Assembly: GCA_001179505.1 (NCBI GenBank)
Contig: CDMY01000428.1
Location: 1 to 64,000 of the forward strand
DNA from: Vitrella brassicaformis CCMP3155
Lineage: Eukaryota; Protista; Chromerida
Reading direction: 5' to 3'
Length of the DNA: 64,000 bases
Made by a program: the position numbers and the translations under genes
The notes under the pieces: model-generated
Told to the model about the DNA's origin: nothing
What the model saw: the letters and a program-made list of their open reading frames with translations, nothing else
Database searches by the model: none
In this document: positions 12,789 to 22,741 of the stretch, piece after piece
Layout: each line of letters begins with the position of its first letter
Numbering within the stretch: the stretch's first letter is position 1

Positions 12789-13150
12789 TTCACCATCATA
12801 ACATATGTCACATCACAGTGCAAATCCCCCGCTCATGGTTCACCTGGTCCAGGCGTCACCTCCTTGACCTCTGTCACCTTGCCGCCGCCAATCTCCTCTA
12901 TCTTCTCAATGACCGGGTCCCTCAGCAGCGCCGGAATCCTCACGTCATCGAAGAGCTGTCTGGGCCGATCCGCTGACGAGTCATCTGCCGGCGGTGCCGT
13001 CATGTGCAGTAAGTGCCGTAGACCTCTCCGCCGCCTCCATGAGTGTCTGTCCGCCCTCCAGAAAGCACGTCGTTGGATGTGAAGCCTGAAAGCGCTTGTA
13101 GAGATGAGCAGACTGGGGAAGAGAGCAAGGGCAGCAACCACACACAGCAT
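11677..13150 (-). CDS. Fructosamine-3-kinase family (ketosamine / ribulosamine kinase), plastid-targeted
   Basis: CEMESLNALR, LRVPE, FLLMEHI, LGEQLAQLH, KYGW..NFLGGTIQDNTW, PSLLHGDLWLGN, YDPA, EFDLA..LFGGFGPAFYHAYH, RQQLYRLYHLLNHLNLYG. Leader MLCVVAALALFPSLLISTSA|FRL followed by an Arg-rich transit peptide. Confidence 0.92.
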
Positions 13151-13249
13151 CGAGCTGCCACCTTCTTCCCGACTGCGCGCCTGTCGACTGCGAGCTCGGC
13201 TTGCAGATCTCCCTGCCCTGCTGATCTTTGTCTGTGCTTCCTGTCTGCA
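13151..13249. promoter_or_regulatory. Putative bidirectional promoter / overlapping 5' region between the fructosamine kinase and PPDK genes
   Basis: Divergent ATGs at 13150 (-) and 13250 (+), each opening a signal peptide. Promoter function is inferred from geometry only. Confidence 0.45.
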
Positions 13250-15124
13250 ATGATGAGGATTGGCTGCCTCTTGCCTTTCGCCTTCATCAGCGGCGCCGTC
13301 GCCTTCGTCGCGCCAGCCGCCCGTTTGCGCGTCCGTGGCGCTCTCCTGCCGACTCATCCCCGCCCATCCACAACAGCAGCGCAGTCGGCCGTGGCGGAGC
13401 CACCCGATACGAATACGAAGGAAACAGGGATCAGCGTGGGCAATGTGGTGAACGGCTTTGAGCGGTATGTGTTTTCTTTCGGTGATGGGTGCGACACCCC
13501 GCCGCTGGACAAGAACCTGCTGGGCGGCAAGGGCAAGGGCGTCAGCGAGATGGCCGACATGGGCCTTCCCGTGCCACCGGGTTTCGTCATCACCACTGGT
13601 CAGTCAGGGAGAGAAATGACACAAGAAGCGAAGCACTCATTGCAAGCGGTGTTTGATGTCTGTGTGTGTGTGCTGATTGATTTGATTGCATTGTCTGCAG
13701 AGGCGTGCAAGTACTACCGCAACAACAAGAGGGCGATGCCCGAGGGGCTGGACATGCAGGTGGAGGCCGCCATGAAGGTGCTCGAGCGACAGATGAACGC
13801 CCAGTTCGGCTCCATCGACAACCCACTCCTCGTGGCAGTCCGATCGGGCGCACGGTGAGGCAGGCAATGAGCGAGGGAGGGAGGCACCACACACTGACTG
13901 ACACCAATGCGACTGTCTGTCTGTGTGTGTTCGTCTGTTTGGCTGTTTGGCTGGGTCAGAGTGTCGATGCCTGGTATGATGGAGACGGTGCTGAATCTCG
14001 GCTTGAACGACGAGGCGGTGGAGGGCTTTGCCAGACAGACCAACAACCGCCGGCTGGCCTACGACTCTTACAGACGGTGCGCGAGGGCGTCAGAGAGGGC
14101 GAGAGGGAGGGAGGAACCAGGCATCGTGGAAGAGAGAAGCCATGTGTGTTTGTGTCTTGATGTGTGCAGCTTCATCACCATGTATTCCAACGTGGTCGAG
14201 CACGTCAACCCCCGCATCTTCGAGGCAACCACACACACACATACAGCCCACCAGCCACCACCACACACCCCTCCCTCTCTCCCTCCCTCCCTCCCTCCCT
14301 CCTTTTCTATGAATGTCTCTCTTTGTGTGTCAGAAGGAGCTCGAGAAAATGAAGGAGGAGCAAGGCGTCACACAAGACGTCGACCTCTCAGCCGACGCGC
14401 TCAAGGAGCTCTGCCAGCGGTTCAAGGCTCTCAAGCTCAAAGCGACCGGGACCCCCTTCCCCGACGACCCTCGTGAGCAGCTCGTCCGCGCCATCCGGGC
14501 TGTGTTTGACTCTTGGGACAGCGAGCGGGCGGGTGCGTATCGTCGGTTCCACGGCTATCCTGATGACTGGGGGACCGCGGTGGTTATCATGACCATGGTC
14601 TTTGGCAACAAGGTCGGTCGGTCGGTGGGCCACAGATGCCTTACGGATACGCATCGATTGCAAACACGTGTGTGTGTGTGTGTGTGTGTGTGTGGTTGGC
14701 GTGGCCAGGGTGATGACTCGGCGACGGGTGTGGGCTTCACACGCGATCCCTCCACAGGCGAGAAGCGATTCTACGGGGAGTTTCTCCCCAATGCGCAGGG
14801 CGAGGACGTCGTTGCGGGCATTCGCACACCCCAGCCCGTGAATGAGCTGCAGGCGGTGCGGTCAGGCTCCGACCTTCCCACTTTGGAGAAGACGATGCCC
14901 GAGGCCTACAAGCAGCTGATGGAGACGGCGCAGAAGCTCGAGACCCACTTCAGGGACATGCAGGACCTGGAGTTCACGATTGACAAGGGGCGGCTGTTCA
15001 TGCTGCAGACCAGGACGGGCAAGAGGACCGGGCTGGCGGCCATCAACATCGCATTCGACATGCTCAACGAAGGGCTCATTGACGAGAAGGAACTCATTAT
15101 GGTCAGAGAGAGGAGAGAGACCGA

Positions 15125-15155
<31 letters not shown>

Positions 15156-17641
15156 AACACCCATCCTCATTGTGTGTTTTCGATTTTCTTCTTGTCAGCG
15201 CATCGAGCCAGAGCAGTTGGTGCAGCTTCTGGCCCCAGTCTTCGACCCACAAGAGAAAAAGCGCGCCTCCCCCCATCTCGCCGCCCGAGGCCTCAACGCC
15301 GGCCCCGGCGCCGCATCCGGCGTGGCCGTCTTCTCCACGGAGAAAGCCGTCGAGATGAAAGCCAAAGGCGTCAAGTGCGTCCTTGTCCGAGAGGAGACTT
15401 CTCCAGAAGACTTTTCTGGCATGGTTGCGGCCGAGGGGGTGCTGACGATGCGCGGCGGGTCGACGAGCCATGCTGCCGTGGTGGCTCGGGGCATCGGCAA
15501 GCCGTGTGTGTGCGGATGTGGGTCGCTTCGCTACAACCGTGAGGAGAACTTTGTGCGTGTGGAGGGGACGGGTATGGTGCTGAGGGAGGGGGATCCGATC
15601 AGCATCGACGGCACCACGGGCGAGGTCTACTTCGCCGAACTCCACACCACACCCTCTGAAGTGCTGCAGGTCAGTGAGCGAGACCCAATCACCCACGCAT
15701 AGGGAGGGAGCCGGCCCCACACGCACACACATTGATGGCATGACGCAGGTGTTGATCGACAAGACGAAGCTTCCCGAGGAGAGCAAGACCTTCCAGCAGT
15801 TCAACACCATCATGACCCTCGCAGACAAGTACAGACGCCTCCGGGTGCACGCCAACGCAGACACGGGCAGGGACGCAGAGGTGGCCCGGGCCCTGGGGGC
15901 GCAGGGCATCGGCCTCACACGGACGGAGCACATGTTCATGGACAAGGAGAGGCTGACCGACGTGCGGAAGATGCTCTTCTCGGAGACTGAGCAGCACAGA
16001 AAAGAGGCTGTCGCGATGCTGCTCAAGTATCAGAAGAGGTAGGAGGGCGGGTGGGCAAAGGCAGGCAGAGGCAGCCGAGGGAGGCGATTGATGTGATAGA
16101 ATGATACGACGGCTCGCTGCTCTCCTTGTGTGGTGTGTGGATGTGTTGCACTGCAGTGACTTCGTTGAGATCTTTCGCGCGATGGATGGACACCCCACGA
16201 CAGTAACCACACACACACACACACACACATACACACACACAGGATGTCTCAACTGCCGAAGGACACCTTGTTCTTTCTGTGTGTGTGTGTGTGTGTGGCT
16301 ATGTATGTTTGATGTAGATTCGTTTGCTGGATCCGCCCCGCCACGAGTTCATGCCTCACGACGAGGAGGAGCTGCAGCAGCTGGCGGACGCCATGGACAC
16401 ACCCCTCGAGGAACTCCTTCGCATCAGCGAGGCCATACGAGAGGCTAACCCCATGGTCGGACACACAGACAGACACATAGACAGACAGACAGACAGACGC
16501 AGACAGAGAGAGGCGGGATCAATGAGCATCCGTGAGCTAAGCTGCCTGCTGTGTGTGTTGTCTGTCGGTACTCAGCTGGGTCACCGTGGCTGCAGACTGG
16601 GTATCCTCTTCCCGTACCTCACAGAGATGCAGGTAGCTATGGGTCACGGCGGCCTGACAGAAAGACAGACACGGAAGGAAGAAGGACACACACTCCACTC
16701 CCACACATGCTATGCTGTCGTGTGTTTGGCTGGGCTGCTTGGCTTGCATGTCAGGCCCAGGCCATATTTGAGGCGGCGGTGGAGGTGGCCAAGGAGGGCA
16801 AGACGGTCATGCCCGAGGTCATGGTGCCGCTCGTCACCAGCAAGAACGAACTCCGCCACCAAAAGGCCATCATCGACAACGTACGTACGCCAGACACACT
16901 AGACCCACACACACGTAAAGTATACAGCTGCATTGCATTCGCTGGCTGCCCACATCTCGTCTGCCTGCATCTGTGTGCTGTATCACTCATCTGTCAGACG
17001 GCCAAGGCTGCGTTTGAGAGGAGCGGCATGACGCTGCCCTACAAAGTGGGCACCATGATAGAGCTGCCGCGGGCCGCTCTGCGGGCGAAAGAGATCGCCG
17101 AGCTGGCCGAGTTCTTCTCCTTCGGCACCAACGACCTCACGCAGTCGACGTTTGGCATCAGCCGCGACGACAGCGGCCACTTCGTGCCGGCCTACATCAG
17201 TGGGGTGGAGTACCCCGGGGAGGGCCAGGAGAAGATACAGATCCTCGACAACAACCCTTTTGACGTACTCGACCAGGTCGGTTGGTCAATCTTTCTTGTT
17301 GGTGTGTGTGGTGACACCATCCATCCATCTGTGTGTGCGTGTGTGTGTGTGTGTGTGGTCAGGACGGTGTGGGCGAGTTGATGGAGATAGCGCGCGACCG
17401 CGGCAAGCAGAGCAACCCCAATCTTAAGACGGGCATCTGTGGCGAGCATGGCGGGGAGGGACGCTCTGTCAACTTCTGCCATAGAATCGGGCTCGACTAC
17501 GTCTCATGCAGCCCATACAGAGTGCCAGTGGCCCGCCTCGCAGCTGCCCAGGCGGCCATAGAGGAGCTGGGGGGCGGGGCTGAGGTGGCTTATCAGGGGC
17601 CGAGTGTGGGCTACATCCCTGGCAAGACCGTCGTGTCGTAA
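13250..17641 (+). CDS. ppdK: Pyruvate phosphate dikinase, plastid-targeted, multi-exon
   Basis: [25 protein letters not shown]; [27 protein letters not shown]; [19 protein letters not shown]; QDLEFTI; [10 protein letters not shown]; [13 protein letters not shown] (phospho-His); [11 protein letters not shown]; [10 protein letters not shown]; [11 protein letters not shown]; GICGEHGG; [18 protein letters not shown]. Leader [18 protein letters not shown]|FVAP. Confidence 0.98.
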
Positions 17642-18270
17642 CGCTTTGCCTGACTGTCTGTCGGACTGTTTAGCGCTGAGGGAGGAGACGGGAGGGGAGG
17701 TAATTTAAGCCCGAAGGGCGTGTGTGTGTGGTGTGCCCGCTTTGTGGGCGCTGCGTGTGGTGTGGTGTGGTATCGCTATGGTGATGGGTGCGTGTCCGTA
17801 TGAGGGGACGTCTGGATGTCCGGTTCGCCCGATCGACGGTGACTTCACACACACACACACACACACACACGGCAGGCAGGCAGGCAGGCAGGCAGGAAAT
17901 ATATTCTCATTTGCGTGCGTGAGGACGTCTATGTGTCGTGTGTGTTTGTATGTTTGTCTGTATGTGCATGGCATGCGCCTCTCTGTGTTGGTGTGCCGTG
18001 TGGCCTTTTCCTGGACCGACCGATCGCTGATCACTTATTTTTGTGTCGGTCGTCTCTCTCGCTCATCGATTAATTGATCAATGTGCAGGCAGGTCCTCTC
18101 TCTTTTTGGGCCATCCATCCACCCACCCATCGCCGTGGCAGGCAGCTGGCATGGCGGTTTTATCTCGTGTGTGCGTAGGGGGTGCGTGTGAGGGGATGTG
18201 TGTGTGGATGTGTCCATGGCTGTGTGTGTGGCTGTGGTTTTTCCTGCACGGGGCGCGGTTGCATGAGACT

Positions 18271-18320
18271 GCGACAGACAGAGAGACAGACAGAGAGACA
18301 GACAGAGAGAGAGAGAGACA
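18271..18320. repeat. (GA)/(GACA) compound microsatellite in the intergenic region after PPDK
   Basis: gacagacagagagacagacagagagacagacagagagagagagagac. Confidence 0.9.
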
Positions 18321-19282
18321 CGGACACTTTCTCAGTGAACACTTCGTACCAAAGGGGCTGGCAGTGCGTGAGGTGGATAGGTAAGAAGAACGGCCGTCGA
18401 GTGACTGAGCGGCGCGCACAGGGGCGGCCGAGCTGTGTAGGCTGGTGCTCAGAGAGAGGAGGGTAAGGGGCTTAAGTGGGTTAGTTAAGTCGGCTGCTAC
18501 ACAACACAACACCGATGCATTGCATGAAGCTCGCGAGGCGAGCAGTCCACCACTGGTCGCATTTTTTTCGTGCAGCGTAAGCTAGTGCGTGTATATATCC
18601 CGGGGGGTCTCCACTGACTGGTCGTCCACGACTTTCTGCCTGCCTGCCTGCCTTGCTGTCTTGTCTGGCTGATATGTGTCGATAATTCCGCCGTATGTGT
18701 GTGTATGGGCTGCGTGGGCGGGGAGGGGAGGGCAAGGAGGATGCTTCGGGCGGGTGCATCGGGCGGGGATCGGCCGCGTGTGTCATGTCAGTCACGGCCG
18801 TGCGATGGTCCTGTCCTCTCTCTGCGTCGTGCAGGCAGAGAGGACGCGGGGGGTCACCATACATACCATCCACAGTCGCATCTAATGCAGTACATGTGTG
18901 CCACACGCGCATGGCATGGACCCGCCACTGAGGGCATCACATTCCATGCCTATCTGCCAGACAGACAGTCAGTCAGCGAGCCAAACACGAAGACGTCCCC
19001 TCTGCGTGTATATCTCGTGAGTGTTGTGGATTGTGTGAGAGTGATGCGATCGATGCCAATTACGAGTGCAAGAAGGTGCAGTGCGGCATGATGCGTGTGT
19101 GGAATTCACGCTCTCGTTCCGTGTGTGCGTGTGTGTGCGATGTGGGGCGAGCGAAGGTTTTTCTCAGGTTCGGGCCTCCCTTCCCTCGTGGATGTTTGTG
19201 GCGAGTCGGTGCGAGCATGCAATGCCATCCAATCCGTATGCTACGCTTTGCATTGCAATGCATGAGACTGTGAGACCGTGTT

Positions 19283-22200
19283 GTGTTGTGTTGTGTGTCG
19301 GCGCTCTGCCGTGGATGTGGACCAAGGGCTACCTCTTTGTGTGAAGCTCTTTGCGGATCTCTTTGCAGATCTGAAAGGGCACCCGAATCCACGCAGCGGG
19401 CAGTCCTCCTTGCTGTTTTGCACCTTCGCAGTTCGCCTTGGGGCCTCGATCCGGGGGCAATCGCTCGACGCATGATGTCCCGGCGCGCCCCGTTGGCTGC
19501 CAGTGATCTGACGTTTGGGCTGTACGGCGAGAAGATCGCCCTCCCTCCCGGCTGGTTCCTCGTCCGCTTGCTCCACACGCCACGCGCCCGCCACGGCTAC
19601 GGCTACATGCTCTGTACGTGTGATGGGACAGCCATGCGACACGCAAACACACACATGGTTGGTTGTCTGCGTGTGTCAGACAACAACTTCGAGGAAGCGA
19701 TGGAACAGCTCGAAAAGGAAATGTATGTGGCAGGCGTCGATCTTTCGTCGCCATGCCCAAACGTGTCCTCCTCTTTGTGTGTTGCTGTACGTTTGTGTGT
19801 CAGGGGTGAGCTGTCAGAGCAGCTCGAGCAGGTGCAAGAGAATATTCAGAGGTACGAGGAAGCCAAGCGGGCAGAGAAAGAGATTGCCGAAGAGGGGGAA
19901 GAAGGAGAGCTCGAGGAGGGCGGTGAGGGAGGTGAAGGTGGGGAAGGCGGCGAGGAGGGCGCTAAGAAGCCGCCGCCGGCAGCCAAGAAGGAGACCGACG
20001 AGGGGCCGGAACCCCTCCTCTGGGAGGACACCGTAAGCAACACACAGTCCCTTCACCCCTCATCTCACACACAATCTACAGCTGCATGCATCCTATACAG
20101 GATGAAAATCTGATGGATGAGGGGGAGTATGACATGGACGACCTCCTCGACGACCTGACTGACGAGGAGGGCCTGAGACACCGGCTGCGGCTGGTGCGGC
20201 GAGACAGACTGACTGAGGAGCTGGAAAAAATGGCCGCACAGCTCGACAACCTGGAGCAATACAAACCTAGGGGCAGGGAGAGGGAGGTACCAGAAGAAGA
20301 GGAGGAAGGTGAGGCAAGACATTTGCTGCACACACTCCCCAGTGAGAGGAGACGTGTTGTGTGTGCACCATGTGCAGCGTTTTCCGAGCCACCTGCCCCA
20401 ACATCTGCGCGTGACAAGACGAAAAAAGACAAGAAGACCAAAGGCGAAAGAAAGCCGGAGACACAGGGCAAGGAGAGTGAAGAGAAGAAGACGGGAAGCA
20501 AGAAACAAAAAGACAAAGATGCGACTGAAGAGGAGGCCAAGAAGAAGGAGATAAGAGAGGCCGAGAGGGAGAAGGCCAGCAGGATCTTCTTCCGCTTCGA
20601 CGGCAAGAAGGTCGCTTATCTGCTGCCAGGGAACCCCAGGCGAGACCCGCTGTTTCGCAAGCCAACAAAGAAGCCCAATGAAAAGAGCAAAGAGGCGAAA
20701 GAGAAGGCCGAAGAAGGGCAAGGAACCGAGAAAGGTCCAGATCAACATGCGCAGAAGGAGGGCAAAGGCACCGAGGAACAGACAAAGGAGCAGGAGCAGC
20801 CCGCTGCTGCTGAGGCTCAAGATGCACACGAGAAGAAGCCGCCTCCGAATCCATACTACATCGGCAAGCTCGTAAGCATCCCATTACCTCCAGCCATTCA
20901 TCCACAGTCATGGCATGCATGAGCCTTCCTCCCTCTGTGTGTGTGTGTCAGGTGGAGCATTGTCGTGATGATTGGGCGTCCGATCGGCGGCGTGTGCGCT
21001 ATGCCTTCTCTGAGGCGGACGCCTCGGCCTACATGCGGCCTATCATTAACGAGGCGAATGAGCTGCTGGAGAAGGAGCAGCAGTGGATGGAACGGTACGA
21101 GCACGACAAATGCCAGGCCGCACTCAACCCGCTGGTGGGTGCAGTGGGTGGGTGAGACACACACACAGGCAGACACAAAGATGAGACAGACAGAGGCACG
21201 TGTGCGAGTCGAGTCAGGTGGGTGTGTATGAGGTGAAGCGGGCACACCCATCGTGGGCCGACAGGGGCCACACCGATGTGGAGGGCGTCATGCTCATCCG
21301 GTATGCGTGTGTGTATGTCTTTACATACATACACACACACACACACACGCACGCACGCGCGCGCGCGCTCTAGCAGAGCTGTGTGTTTGTGTCAGTGAGT
21401 GGCTGGCTAACGGCACGTTGGGCCACGTGGTATCCTCCCTCTGCGGCGAGCGGTGCGCCGCCGCATTCAACGACACGCTGCTGCTCCACAACCTAAAGCA
21501 ACTCATAGAAACGTACACACAACAGACAGACAGACAGACAGACGGCCGACACAAATGCAGCTTGGCGTGGTTCGAGCGAGAGGGGTTCATCCACGGCAAC
21601 ATCCGGCCGTCGAGCATCGGCCTGGCGGACGATGGCCACTTCATGCTCCTGCAGGACCTCATACCCACACGTATGCTGACCTCTACACGCAACAACAGAG
21701 AGGGACACAAAGCGAACAAGCTCCTCCCATATGTGTGAGTGTGCAGGGGTGTTGAAGTGCTGGTTCTCTGATGTGACGATGCAGCTCACACGCCGGCCTG
21801 TATGTGTCGCCCCGGAGGTCTATCAGGTCATACATACATCTTCCAACAGACAAACAAGCACGAGACACACACATCTCGGCGGGTGTCCCTCTCTCATTGT
21901 CGGCAGACCGTTGTGGTGGATGGCATCACCGAGCCGAGTGAGATGCTGGCGAGGTTCAACCTACACAAGAATGACGTCTTCTGCCTCGGACTGGTCTTCC
22001 TCCAACTGGCCGACATGCGGGCGCCACTGTTCCGCGACGAGGCAAGCCAAGCCAACTCCAGACATGATAGACAGACGGGGGCTAAGGGTGAGAGACAGGG
22101 CAGTGCTGGATGGACCATGTGCGTGTGTGTGTGCGGATGTGCAGACGTTGGGTGTGGGTCAGACTCTGCCTCTCGTCCAGTGGGAGAGGCGCGTGGCCAA

Positions 22201-22714
22201 GACGCTCGACATGGTCGAGGAACGCCATGACCAACGTGAGCAGAGATGGCGGTGTGTGTGCATATAATGTGTGTATTTGTTGACGCATCAGGTTTTGTAG
22301 GTCTTTTGCGTCGTTTGCTGGTATGGGATGGCGAAGAGAGGATGACATTCGCACAGATTCACGACCAAATGACGGTACACACACACATACACACACACAT
22401 GCAATTGTATGTCCTTACTTATTAAGTACATACAAACCACTACTCAAAAACTACACGCACAAAAAGGCCAGCCACTTCTGTATGTATTCTTTCAGGGCCG
22501 CCCACCGCCCCTGCCACCCACAAAGGGCAAAAGGGCCGGCAAGAAGACCAAACATACCACTAAGCCGACACCGCCCACACCAGAACACCACCACCACCAG
22601 CACCAGCACCAGCAGCAGCAGGGCGCCCCGACAAAGGACCAACAGCAGCTACGCATCCGCCCAAAACGACCCAGAAAAGACGCCACACCCGAGGACGACT
22701 GCCGCATCGAATGA
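19283..22714 (+). CDS. Large Glu/Lys-rich coiled-coil protein with C-terminal pseudokinase domain (5' end uncertain, may start further upstream)
   Basis: In-frame exons: acidic coiled coil (ELSEQLEQVQENIQRYEE; DMDDLLDDLTDEE), a Lys/Glu-rich segment, then kinase-fold segments GVMLIREWLANGTLG, LLHNLKQLIETLAWFEREGFIHGNIRPSSIGL, FMLLQDL, VAPEVY, KNDVFCLGLVFLQLA. Confidence 0.65.
21326..21368. repeat. Compound alternating purine-pyrimidine tract (CA)n-(CGCA)n-(CG)n in an intron; potential Z-DNA
   Basis: ...catacatacacacacacacacacacgcacgcacgcgcgcgcgcgc read directly from the sequence. Confidence 0.8.
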
Positions 22715-22741
22715 ATGAACGAACCCCCGACACACTATCCA

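Noticed and set aside
15103-16026. 307-aa minus-strand ORF (and similar long antisense ORFs at 10751-11464, 20065-20829, 44925-45842)
   Set aside because: Antisense shadows of GC-rich coding exons on the other strand.
17700-19000. Possible ncRNA, CRISPR-like array or transposon in the long non-coding stretches (also 45975-47170)
   Set aside because: Only simple repeats are present: no regularly spaced repeat-spacer units, tRNA cloverleaf, terminal inverted repeats or transposase/RT motifs.
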